DNA of 64,000 nucleotides from a virus (Duplodnaviria; Heunggongvirae; Uroviricota; Caudoviricetes): IMG/VR virus record IMGVR_UViG_3300010882_000011, positions 1 to 64,000 of that record; one strand, 5' to 3'. Shown piece by piece: positions 18,624 to 27,804 of this stretch (position 1 is its first letter; each line of letters starts with the position of its first letter). The notes under the pieces were generated by a model. It saw only the letters and a program-made list of their open reading frames with translations, ran no database searches and was not told where the DNA came from. The position numbers and the translations under genes were made by a program.

Positions 18624-18968
18624 TTAGTATTCTAAGTTATAGTATTTACAAATTTGCTCGTATAGCTTTTCAGCCTTCTTCCTATGAAAACCACTAGCAA
18701 TAACCTTATTACCTTTAAATACTGAAACTGATTTGGTATTAATCCATAAGATTACATGCCAATCGTTAAAGCAAAAGTCGTAGGTGGGAATCATAGAATC
18801 CCTGAAGTCTTTTATTTCAGGGAAGTTCTGTAAGTTTTTAGTAAGAGTATAATAGGTTTTCCATTCAGTATGCTCGAAAAAGAATACATATAGTGGATGG
18901 TGCCATACTATAACAATGAAACATAGTAAAAGAAAGGCTACTATAGACCCAACGATAATTGCTGTCAT
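18624..18968 (-). CDS. membrane-anchored hypothetical protein
   Basis: Track ORF of 114 aa with an N-terminal TM. Confidence 0.45.
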   Translation of the reverse strand: MTAIIVGSIVAFLLLCFIVIVWHHPLYVFFFEHTEWKTYYTLTKNLQNFPEIKDFRDSMIPTYDFCFNDWHVILWINTKSVSVFKGNKVIASGFHRKKAEKLYEQICKYYNLEY

Positions 18969-18979
18969 ATAGCCCCCCC

Positions 18980-19420
18980 CTAATTAATCCATTCTAGGTC
19001 AGCAATCCTTTGGGAATAGCATTTGCCAGTCCACCAGTTTCCAACCCAAGTACGGTGTTGATTAATAGTTTTGTTGTTACTGTGAATCTGTTCATATATC
19101 TTAATCTTTTCAAATTCCGATATAGTTCCCGATTCAACAAGTGACTTCAAAGCGTAATGATTCTGTATTTTCTCATCGTAACTTCGTTCGCGTTGAACAA
19201 AGATGCCGAAGACGATGCAAATCCAAGCGATAATAGCGATTATTGCAAAGATAATTCCACCACACCAGTTAGTTGAATTGTTGAACAACTTGTAGATGAA
19301 TTTTTCAATTGAGGTAAATTTCTCGTGGTTTGTGTAACGAAGATTGTAACCCCATTGAAGAAGAAAAGCTACGCTTATCCAAATCAGTAAAAGTACTGAT
19401 ATAATAACAAAAAGTCCCAT
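18980..19420 (-). CDS. membrane protein
   Basis: Track ORF of 146 aa with 2 TM helices; TAG stop. Confidence 0.45.
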   Translation of the reverse strand: MGLFVIISVLLLIWISVAFLLQWGYNLRYTNHEKFTSIEKFIYKLFNNSTNWCGGIIFAIIAIIAWICIVFGIFVQRERSYDEKIQNHYALKSLVESGTISEFEKIKIYEQIHSNNKTINQHRTWVGNWWTGKCYSQRIADLEWIN

Positions 19421-19518
19421 AATTTAATTTATTTTATTGTTTAAAATTAGTTCTAATAGGCCAATGAAGGCCATTCCACAAAGGAATCCGAAAAGAAACA
19501 TTATTCCCATGATTCAGT

Positions 19519-19944
19519 TCATTTATATTTAACATATATTTCTTTACGAACGCAGCCATCTTCATCATAGTCGTTCAAGTAATACATCATTACTGCTTGA
19601 CCTTTCTGATTGATAGCGTGGACAAAATCGTCTTCAAATACTTCAAATGTTTGGTTGCGACATAAGAAGTAGAATTTGACGTGTTTGCGACATGAATCGC
19701 AAAGTTCAGGATATTTCCAACCATTGTGGCTATGAATCTTATTACAAGATTCTGCTTGACAAGGGCTTTTACGGAGATCCATGATTGGGTAGATTACATT
19801 CCAAGATACGTTAGCCTCGATAATATCGTACTTTAAGAATAACTTGGAAGTAGGTTTGCATGAGATAATCATACACCCTGTGAGGATTAAACCTATCACA
19901 AGGATAATCCATAGGAATTCCTTCCAAAATGTTGATCTTTTCAT
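19519..19944 (-). CDS. secreted/membrane-anchored Cys-rich protein
   Basis: Track ORF of 141 aa with signal/TM; ends in TGA, with a TAA six codons further on. Confidence 0.45.
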   Translation of the reverse strand: MKRSTFWKEFLWIILVIGLILTGCMIISCKPTSKLFLKYDIIEANVSWNVIYPIMDLRKSPCQAESCNKIHSHNGWKYPELCDSCRKHVKFYFLCRNQTFEVFEDDFVHAINQKGQAVMMYYLNDYDEDGCVRKEIYVKYK

Positions 19945-20165
19945 ATTGTTTTTGTTTTAATTGTTTAACCATATCCTAAGAAACCGCAATTTGGATCACC
20001 ATCCTCTGAACAATAGAAATCAGAAATAGACTGTCGTAATTGCTTTAGTAACTCTATAAGTTTTTTCATATGTGTTGTTTTAATATTGTTCAGACGCTCC
20101 TGCTACTAGACATAAGAGTAAAAGACTACACATAAAAAGTAGTGCTGCAAATCCTGTTCCCATAA

Positions 20166-20435
20166 TTAAAATTGTCTAATGAAATATACATCTTTACCAT
20201 CAGTACGTTCTTTACCTATACAAGGTATATCTGCGCCCGAACAAAGAGATCTAGCTTCGCAAATATCACACCAATTATTATGAAAATCTTTATCAGATTC
20301 TTGAATGAGATAACATTCTCCATTACCGTATTCTACAATGGAATCAACAGGTTGATCAAATTGTGTTAACATATTAAGTTGCGTATAAAATAGTTGGATT
20401 GTTTTTATGTACATCAAAATTTGCATAACGTTCAT
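20166..20435 (-). CDS. hypothetical Cys-containing protein
   Basis: Track ORF of 89 aa. Confidence 0.4.
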   Translation of the reverse strand: MNVMQILMYIKTIQLFYTQLNMLTQFDQPVDSIVEYGNGECYLIQESDKDFHNNWCDICEARSLCSGADIPCIGKERTDGKDVYFIRQF

Positions 20436-20967
20436 TGAACTTCTGCATATTGAATGGTTTGGTGATCATGTGATATCCATTTTTAGTAGGAATCACTGCG
20501 ATAAGTTTCTTTCCTTCAGGTTCAAAGGAATCAATATGATTTTCTATGTCCTGAATAAGCATACATGCTCCTACTTCGACATCAATGTCTATATCAATTA
20601 GCCAACGTTTTGGATTTTCGATAGTAAACTGGCCGCAGCATGTATTATATGCACGTTTAACTGTGCGGTATTCCCTGTTCTGAATGCGATCACAAACGTT
20701 TTTCATTGTTTGCCATGCAATGCGTTCATATGAACAGCGATTAAGGTTTATATAGGCACGGGCATTGTGGAGTTCACATAGCATTTTGATTTCTAACTCC
20801 ATATTTAACAATTGCTCTATGGAGCCTATATAGTATGAATGTACAACAACGTTGTTTGATCCTAATTCTGGATTTTCTTTCTTACGTTTGATAATCTGGC
20901 AGAAATAGAATTCGTCTTCTGAATTGAATTCGAGAAGCGTAGCAATTTGTGAGAAGTTATTTACCAT
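20374..20967 (-). CDS. hypothetical protein (197 aa)
   Basis: Track ORF. Confidence 0.5.
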   Translation of the reverse strand: MVNNFSQIATLLEFNSEDEFYFCQIIKRKKENPELGSNNVVVHSYYIGSIEQLLNMELEIKMLCELHNARAYINLNRCSYERIAWQTMKNVCDRIQNREYRTVKRAYNTCCGQFTIENPKRWLIDIDIDVEVGACMLIQDIENHIDSFEPEGKKLIAVIPTKNGYHMITKPFNMQKFNERYANFDVHKNNPTILYAT

Positions 20968-21340
20968 AGCTTGGATTCTGAGTCACCGCAAATGAACCTT
21001 GAGTGAGTTTTCTCATTTCTATTCCATCAATATAGAGTATTACCTCTTTCTCAGATACTTGATATAAACTATCACAAAATATTTTTGACCAATTCCAATA
21101 GGAATTTGGTTTCATATATTCAGTTACCTCAAATTTGTAACTGCTAATAGCAGACTTACTTATTACATTTTGAGGTTGATCACAAGAACAACATGCAACA
21201 GCTATAAACAAAGCAACTATCATCATATAGATAATAGAAAAGAATTGCTTCCCTGTAAATCTCTCTTTAGAAAGGAAATTAATAATCTTTTTCATATGTT
21301 TTATTTTAATTAGTTTCAAAAAGAATGCAGCTATATACAC
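20957..21340 (-). CDS. membrane-anchored hypothetical protein
   Basis: Track ORF of 127 aa with a TM. Confidence 0.45.
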   Translation of the reverse strand: MYIAAFFLKLIKIKHMKKIINFLSKERFTGKQFFSIIYMMIVALFIAVACCSCDQPQNVISKSAISSYKFEVTEYMKPNSYWNWSKIFCDSLYQVSEKEVILYIDGIEMRKLTQGSFAVTQNPSYGK

Positions 21341-21818
21341 ATTCGCTGCATTACCCTATCCCATATAGGTATGCTGACTATTTGCTGGAGATTCGGATGA
21401 ATCAGACTAGTCGGAATTATCAGGTGACCAATAATCAGATATTACTCCTATAGGTTTCTTGTTGTTAGACAGTTGGTGTATTGTCTTTTCTAACATCTCA
21501 CATTCTCAGGTTCTTTGAGATACCATCAAACTCGGCATGAAGGTCGAATGACACCTTTCATGCTTAAGTGGCTGTTTACCACTCGATTTAATTAACCGTG
21601 GATGTGTTTCCACAAATGTATAAATCAAACATACTCCTATCGTTTTGATATCGCGACGTAGGCCCATCGCTCGATTAACTTGGGCATAAAGAGTTCTGTC
21701 AAGCCTAAACAGTAGGACAAACTTACCACTCTTTGTTGTGGACTAACCACTTGGACTTATTTTAAATGCTCTTGGTAACCATTTTTCAACCATTAAAACA
21801 AATTATTATGAAAACAAT

Positions 21819-22076
21819 TTACTTCCTCAAATTTTCATTGTACCATTCCTCTTTCCATATGTTGTATTGTTCTTCACGAACATAAAAATGCTCTTTCTTA
21901 AAGTTATCGTAGTCGGTGCGGAATTTATCGAAAAGGTATATAAGGTCACTCTCTGATTGAACAGGAGTATTTACTGGATAGTCTTCAATTAATACTGTTT
22001 TAACAGGACATATTTTGTTTTGTTCTTGTAGAAGTTTTTGGTAGTGGTTGTACTTTCTTGGATTCATGTTTATCAT
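21819..22076 (-). CDS. hypothetical protein
   Basis: Track ORF of 85 aa; its ATG overlaps the upstream TGA stop (ATGA). Confidence 0.45.
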   Translation of the reverse strand: MINMNPRKYNHYQKLLQEQNKICPVKTVLIEDYPVNTPVQSESDLIYLFDKFRTDYDNFKKEHFYVREEQYNIWKEEWYNENLRK

Positions 22077-22267
22077 GTGTATAAGATTCCTACTATAACT
22101 CTATCACCTTGTGTGGTGATACTGTAATGGTGTATTGTAGCAGTTGGATTTTTTGCCAGCCATAGATTCACATCGGCATCAATGAGGCTAACAAAAGTAA
22201 TGAATGTTTTGTGTAACATATATTGTTTATTAGTTTTAAAAGAAAATCCCTCATCAAGCTTATTCAT
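22073..22267 (-). CDS. hypothetical protein
   Basis: Track ORF of 64 aa ending in TGA used as a stop. Confidence 0.4.
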   Translation of the reverse strand: MNKLDEGFSFKTNKQYMLHKTFITFVSLIDADVNLWLAKNPTATIHHYSITTQGDRVIVGILYT

Positions 22268-22383
22268 TTAGATGCATTACTGCATATACCTTTAACGCGA
22301 GCCTTACCAGCGCTGGTCATTATCGCATGCCTTTATAGCCGTGTATCCTCAATGCGCAAACGAGAGGAGTGAGGGATTAGATG

Positions 22384-22563
22384 TTAGAAATTTTCCATTA
22401 ACCAATTAGTCCAAAAAGCACTCTTCTCTTCTTGAGACATAGATTGAGTTTGCACAAAACCTTGTAATGCCTGCGTAACTAATGTCAGTGCCTCAGCACT
22501 TGTAAAAGTTTTAAACCCTTTACCTGCCTTCTTCAGGTCTTCAATAATTTTTTCTGCGTTCAT
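22384..22563 (-). CDS. small helical protein (~59 aa, approximate)
   Basis: Minus-strand reading MNAEKIIEDLKKAGKGFKTF...WLMENF*; preceded by the conserved upstream element. Confidence 0.35.
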   Translation of the reverse strand: MNAEKIIEDLKKAGKGFKTFTSAEALTLVTQALQGFVQTQSMSQEEKSAFWTNWLMENF

Positions 22564-23130
22564 AATATAAATTGTTTAATGTGTTTTACACCTAAAAATA
22601 TCCTGTACGTCAACCGCACTTAAGCGTCATATACTGATAATAAACTGGTGTCCTCAACATCTTGGAAAGTTATTGAGTTTTGAAACCGCTATAAAAAACA
22701 CAAGCGATTTAGTAATTTAAGGCAATCCGCACCAGCGGCAAGTTTAACACAGTGGTAGAAATAATAATGTCATCCGTATTACTATTGGAATTATTTCTAG
22801 TTGTGACCACACTCGCTGCCTTTCAGTCTAGAGCAGCTGTTTAACAGAGTGGATTTTATTTATAATTACTCAACCAAAAAAAGACGTTCTGCTACGAAAT
22901 TTTTTGTTTAATTAAAAGGTAACTGAGGATCTGCCCCCCTATAACCTACAGCTCAACAAACCTCATAATGTACAAAGAGGAAAAAGGCAGCTATACCGTA
23001 CAACACCCGATTTGTTTTTGTTGATTCGGGTTACCTTTATGATCTGCATATGAGAATCGAACTCATTAGAAAGGGACAGAATCCACGTCTGTTTTATATA
23101 CTCCTCTCTATTACCAAAAATGCAAATACG

Positions 23131-23203
23131 ATCTGCAGCCAGGATTTGAACCTGAATTCCGCGCATAACCGAAGCGCGTGTTCTACCATTAAACTACCAC
23201 AGA
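23131..23203 (-). tRNA. tRNA-like gene with atypical 9-nt anticodon loop (identity unresolved)
   Basis: Acceptor tctgtgg/ctgcaga, U8-A9, T-arm tcagg-TTCAAAT-cctgg. Anticodon stem cgcgc/gcgcg encloses TTCGGTTAT (9 nt); alternatively a 7-nt loop TCGGTTA with a U-U closing mismatch. Confidence 0.4.
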
Positions 23204-23316
23204 TAAATCGAAAAATTATTACTATGCACATATATCCTTCTCAATGTGCCCTACTACCTTCGGATGATCCATAACTAGGACTGTTAGAATTGGTAATAAT
23301 TTTATCCACGTGATTT

Positions 23317-23700
23317 TTATTTCATAAGTTCTTTGCACATATCTACCTTATCCAAATGACAGACATATATCCACATACTATCCTCTAAACAGACTAAATA
23401 TGGAAATCCTGACTGATCAAAGTATTCCGCATATATGTTTGCATCAACAGGAATATAGGCATAAGGATCTTGATTACTGTCAAAGAGAACAAAGATGTAT
23501 TCGCCATTGTCATCAAATACCTCAATATCATCCCAACTTAATAAGATAGTATCAGGAACAACAATGTTGTCATCAGGATATTGAACGGCACAACCTTTGG
23601 TGCAACAAGCATTCATAAGGATTCCTGTACCTGTTCCAAGAACGAATAGTGTTACAATAAAGATAGCACCAAGAAAAATGTTTTTAATAAGTTTGTTCAT
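23317..23700 (-). CDS. secreted protein
   Basis: Track ORF of 127 aa with an N-terminal signal/TM. Confidence 0.45.
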   Translation of the reverse strand: MNKLIKNIFLGAIFIVTLFVLGTGTGILMNACCTKGCAVQYPDDNIVVPDTILLSWDDIEVFDDNGEYIFVLFDSNQDPYAYIPVDANIYAEYFDQSGFPYLVCLEDSMWIYVCHLDKVDMCKELMK

Positions 23701-23789
23701 AATATATTGTTTTAAATATTGTCTATAAGTTTACCTACGCCAATAATGATTGCAACCATAATGGCAAATGCTAATAAGTATGTCATAAT

Positions 23790-24359
23790 TTACCAAATTA
23801 AATATAATTGTAACATGTGAGCAGTATCTCTATATTGCATTATAGAGGAATGTATAAAAGTTTCCTGAGTATGTTCAATTTGATAAACATAACCACGAAA
23901 TGAAGGTTTGCCTTTTAATGTCTTTGCAGTAACACGCAAAGTATCAAAGAAAATGTTCTCATTTAACCATGCAACAGTATTTTCTAATGATGCACAACGA
24001 AGACAAAATGTAATTCCTAAACATTTCTGTTGATTAGATGGAAGTTCATTTTGCATTCTATTAAATATTTGAAGAGTTTGATTACCACAAGTTTTATATG
24101 AACCTTCCCAATCTAAATCCATAAAGGAAGTAACAGGTTGCATACATATATCTTTATTAGTAATAAATGGATGTTTTACATTTAGGTCGTATAATACAAT
24201 ATCAGATGATCTTGTACATACTCTTAAATGATGAAGGCAAGACATTGGATCATTACCGCCAAGAGCAGAAACTTTATGTTTCTGAAGACTTGGTTTCATA
24301 GATGCAAATGCTATAGTTTGAGCTTGTCGCTTACAAGGGACTTTGGAATAATCTTTCAT
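23790..24359 (-). CDS. hypothetical protein (189 aa)
   Basis: Track ORF. Confidence 0.45.
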   Translation of the reverse strand: MKDYSKVPCKRQAQTIAFASMKPSLQKHKVSALGGNDPMSCLHHLRVCTRSSDIVLYDLNVKHPFITNKDICMQPVTSFMDLDWEGSYKTCGNQTLQIFNRMQNELPSNQQKCLGITFCLRCASLENTVAWLNENIFFDTLRVTAKTLKGKPSFRGYVYQIEHTQETFIHSSIMQYRDTAHMLQLYLIW

Positions 24360-24362
24360 ATC

Positions 24363-24528
24363 AATCTATCACACAATGTAAAATGGTTAATCTTTCCCTT
24401 CCGTATTGATGTTTGAATGTTTTGATTATTTCAGCCTGATGATTTGTTTCACAAATGGCACAGACTATTTCGCCATTTAATTTTCGGAGATGATACACGT
24501 ATTCTCCACAATTTTCACAATAATACAT
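24363..24528 (-). CDS. small zinc-ribbon protein (~54 aa, approximate)
   Basis: MYYCENCGEYVYHL...VCAICETNH (CxxC...CxxC); preceded by the second copy of the conserved upstream element. Confidence 0.35.
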
Positions 24529-24957
24529 GATAATATCTTTTAATTGTTAATAAAGTATTTTACGCCTAAACCTTTGCAGGAAAACTGGCGTCCTCAATAA
24601 CTTGGAAAAGAACACTGATAGCGCAACGATATGCTCTGAATGGTTCTCTTTTATATTAAGTTTTTTCTTTTAAACTCATGAAGAAGAGTATACGATGTAT
24701 GGTATTCTAAACTGATTCTTTATTTCCATACTATCCCGACAGATAAGAGGACTCTCGATGATTAATTAACATAAAGTTATTGGCAAATTATGCAATTACC
24801 ATCACACAATCCGATTAGAACTTCGGACATTTGGTTGCCTTCTAAGCATTACAATTGATTATCAAAGAAGGCTATAGAATTGATTAGAATCCAAGAAAAA
24901 ATAAGGCGTACTATTACTAATACACCTTACCAAAAATAACTAAATCAAATTAAAAAA

Positions 24958-25146
24958 TTATGACAAATCAAGATTGCGGAGAATGAGGTACAAAGGCATC
25001 TTGTCATCAAATGATTGTTTCTTAGATGCTTTATAATCTGCATGAAATGCAGCATACGCTTGAACTTCTTCTGAAGTTCTGCGTGGTTTACGTTTTTTTG
25101 TTAATTGTGGCATGATGTTTTTTTTAATTGTTAATTCGGATTTCAT
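24958..25146 (-). CDS. small basic protein
   Basis: Track ORF of 62 aa, Lys/Arg-rich. Confidence 0.35.
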   Translation of the reverse strand: MKSELTIKKNIMPQLTKKRKPRRTSEEVQAYAAFHADYKASKKQSFDDKMPLYLILRNLDLS

Positions 25147-25229
25147 TGTATAAAAGATAAGAAAGAAAATTTCATTCCAACCCTAAACTATCATCGAAAA
25201 TGGTTCTTCTCATCCATAGAATGCACTTG

Positions 25230-25440
25230 AACTGAAGAAAAATTTCACGCTATAGGTTGACCTTAGTAACACCCTGCGTGATGAAAAATAACGCTATACG
25301 TTATTAACAATAATAAATTATCATTAATAACACCTGTCGTGATTATAAAATTTTTTGTACAAATAATAGTAATGAAATTTTGTTATTAATAATAATTTTT
25401 GTATATTTGTGGAAATAATCCTATACATTATTAATATGCC
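25230..25440. promoter_or_regulatory. iteron-like repeat region / putative replication origin and divergent promoter
   Basis: Two copies of TAACACC(C)TG(C/T)CGTGAT and four copies of a TTATTAATAA-type palindromic motif in a strand-switch AT-rich region just upstream of an HTH protein gene. Confidence 0.45.
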
Positions 25441-25984
25441 AAAAATTCAAATACATGAGCAACAACGCTCAACCAGAATTGATCCTGAAACAGGAGAAAT
25501 ACTAGATGTACAAGTAGTGGAACAAATACGTCATGTCAAGAAAGTTTCTAACTATGACGAATTCATTTTTGTATATTTGAATGACATGAGTTCATTTTTA
25601 CGTTTAGATAACGGAACTCAAATCAAATTATTGTCATTGATATGAAGAGATGTTTCTTTCAATCCCGAAGGAACAAGTGAAGGTAATGTTATCACAATAT
25701 TAAAAGAAGACAAAGAAAAATGAGCAGAAGAAATAGGAGTATCATACGGTACTATTAACAATGCTATACCTGTATTGGTAAAAAAAGATTTGTTAATTTC
25801 TATTAGTAGAAGTAGATATAAATTAAATCCTAAGTATTTCTTCAAAGGTACTTCAAAAGATCGCTCGAAAATCTTAAGAATGGAAATTAATTACCAAATT
25901 GATGAGGTTGCAAAAGAAATTATTGCAGCGGAAAATATACCTGATAAAAAATTTGATTATAGTTCAAGAGAATATATATCATAG
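25436..25984 (+). CDS. HTH DNA-binding protein (RepL-like replication/regulatory candidate); 2 in-frame TGA read as Trp
   Basis: Track ORFs 25409..25645 and 25775..25984 share one frame; the joined product includes ...LSLIWRDVSF... and an HTH-like GVSYGTINNAIPVLVKKDLLI; ends in TAG. Confidence 0.45.
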
Positions 25985-26362
25985 TAATATGCAGAAAAAT
26001 TGTGGTGATAATGGATTTTAAGATTGTTGAGGAAGAAGAGGTAGCCATACTGGCTCCTCATCCACTCAACAAAAAAATATTTTTCTAAAATAACCAAAAA
26101 CCAAATCACCTTTGAGGGTAATCCAAAAATAGACTACCCTCTCACCACTTTATTAACAATTTATATAGTTTGTGGAACTCGTTTAACAACTTCCACTACG
26201 TAATATCCACTTTCAATTCAAGGATGTTTCTGAAGCATTCAATAATGTAATCCTTCTTTATACACACCCTCAAAATTTTGAATGTAACAATTACCGATGT
26301 TACTACGAAGCAAATTATTGTGTGGTGAAACAAATTGCCCCACCACACAAATAAATTTCTGT

Positions 26363-26890
26363 TTATGCGAAGTATTCCGCATTCTTTGACGGAGTTCCGA
26401 ACTCAATAATAGCGAAATCTCTATCAATAGTTTTCGCAGTCGGCTGACGATTTTCATCAAATACCGTAGTGGCAACTTTCATCGTACCGTTCACAACAAT
26501 GGTCTTTCCTAACAAAGATTCAATTCGTTGCGCATCATCGATATAATTGTTTGCCAAATTACGAGAAAAATCACAAGCATAAGCATCTGCCGTTGCTCCT
26601 CTTCTACGCAATGTACCAGCACTCAACCATGCAGGATTTCCGTTTTTCACTACACCTACTAACACACTTTTTGGACCATCAACAGGTCTCAAAGGGTCAA
26701 CAGTTACGGTTTTCGTTCTCAATGTTTCAAACGTTTTAGGAAATGATACTTCATCACCATCGTTTAAACCATTACTTGCAAATGGAACACCTGATGCTTT
26801 CAAAGCTGCTCTTGCATCTTCAACATCTGTTACTACAATACCAGTTCTCGCTTTAATTTCGGGGAACTCTAATTTTTCAAAACTTTTCAT
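26363..26890 (-). CDS. hypothetical protein, paralog of 27110..27634
   Basis: Shares the motif DVEDARAALKASGVPF...DGDEVSFP with the neighbour's KVEGLEALKTSGIRYG...HGDVITFP; standard code; TAA stop. Confidence 0.5.
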   Translation of the reverse strand: MKSFEKLEFPEIKARTGIVVTDVEDARAALKASGVPFASNGLNDGDEVSFPKTFETLRTKTVTVDPLRPVDGPKSVLVGVVKNGNPAWLSAGTLRRRGATADAYACDFSRNLANNYIDDAQRIESLLGKTIVVNGTMKVATTVFDENRQPTAKTIDRDFAIIEFGTPSKNAEYFA

Positions 26891-26916
26891 TTTTATTTCT
26901 TTTTTTAAACTGTATT

Positions 26917-26953
26917 TTACTACGTGCAGGTATTTTACTACGTCTTAGTGGGG
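26917..26953. promoter_or_regulatory. direct repeat (2 x GTATTTTACTACGT) upstream of 26363..26890
   Basis: Two 14-nt copies 4 nt apart, immediately upstream (on the minus strand) of the gene start. Confidence 0.35.
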
Positions 26954-26977
26954 AAATTCAAATGTCTTAGTCGGCTC

Positions 26978-27016
26978 TGAAAAAAAGAGACCCTCCCAAT
27001 TAAGGGAAGGTCTCTT
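26978..27016 (-). terminator. rho-independent terminator of 27110..27634
   Basis: Stem gagacc(c)tccc/gggaaggtctc with a 6-nt loop; a T-run follows on the minus strand. Confidence 0.55.
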
Positions 27017-27109
27017 GACAAACTATCTTGGCTTTCCTTGGATTTCCCAAGCAATGGCGCCGATAAACCATACCAGTCCGATTGTAAGAAGCACGTAGAA
27101 CATAACTGG

Positions 27110-27634
27110 TTAATCTTTAACTTCCACGAAGATAGGAGTATTCCTCTTCTGAAGTATGTTCTCGTTATTCTCATTGACCTTACGCTGCCCATCTTTATCG
27201 AAGGAGACGTAGTCCATTGAGATTTGATCTTTGACCTTGATAGTCTTGTTCGCGAAGAACATGAATCTATCGTAGTCGTTCTCGAGGCTGTTAATCTCGA
27301 AATTTGTGGGATATGTGTCTCTGAACTCAATAGTATCCCAATTGACAGGAGTTCTGCGAAATGAACCAAGTGGAACATATTTCGCAGTTGTGCCATTGAT
27401 GACAACTTTGATTTTGTAGACATCTTTACCGTTAGCCATCGGAGAGTTGATGATATCTGCTTCATCTACTGTTGGAAATGTGATTACATCTCCATGTAGG
27501 AAGTTGAAACCATAACGGATGCCTGAAGTTTTCAATGCTTCAAGTCCTTCAACTTTAACTGCGTTAGCAGGAACGGTAGCTGTTCCCCAAATTGCTTTAT
27601 CAAAAGCTTTCATAAATGCCGATTCTTTAAACAC
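27110..27634 (-). CDS. hypothetical protein, paralog of 26363..26890
   Basis: Track ORF of 174 aa with TAA stop. The overlapping track ORF 26938..27465 in another frame looks like a low-complexity artefact. Confidence 0.5.
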   Translation of the reverse strand: MFKESAFMKAFDKAIWGTATVPANAVKVEGLEALKTSGIRYGFNFLHGDVITFPTVDEADIINSPMANGKDVYKIKVVINGTTAKYVPLGSFRRTPVNWDTIEFRDTYPTNFEINSLENDYDRFMFFANKTIKVKDQISMDYVSFDKDGQRKVNENNENILQKRNTPIFVEVKD

Positions 27635-27804
27635 GTTGACGGGTTCGTGCGCCGTAGTTTATAACCTCTTGGGCAGAGGATTGTTAATAAAGTGGCCAAT
27701 GTTGAACGTCTTAGCCAGTACGTCCTGAAGAGAATGCGAAGCATTCTCATCTGTTCCCTGCTGCAATTACGAGTTGCACGTGGACGCATCGCAGGGAATT
27801 AGAA

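Noticed and set aside
17943-22385. 13-nt inverted match (TCTAATCCCTCAC at ~17946 vs its reverse complement at ~22368) flanking a 4.4 kb stretch of small genes; considered as terminal inverted repeats of a mobile or invertible element
   Set aside because: A 13-mer match somewhere in 64 kb is expected by chance (dozens of such pairs). No transposase or invertase in between, and the flanking similarity decays immediately.
23041-23110. Possible additional tRNA upstream of the tRNA-like gene
   Set aside because: T-arm and 3' acceptor half are present, but no complementary 5' acceptor strand exists at the right distance. Interpreted as a 3'-half fragment, not a gene.
26938-27465. Track ORF 26938..27465 (-), 175 aa
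   Set aside because: Low-complexity Ser/Arg-rich translation overlapping the well-formed 27110..27634 gene in another frame and spanning a terminator; likely a spurious ORF.
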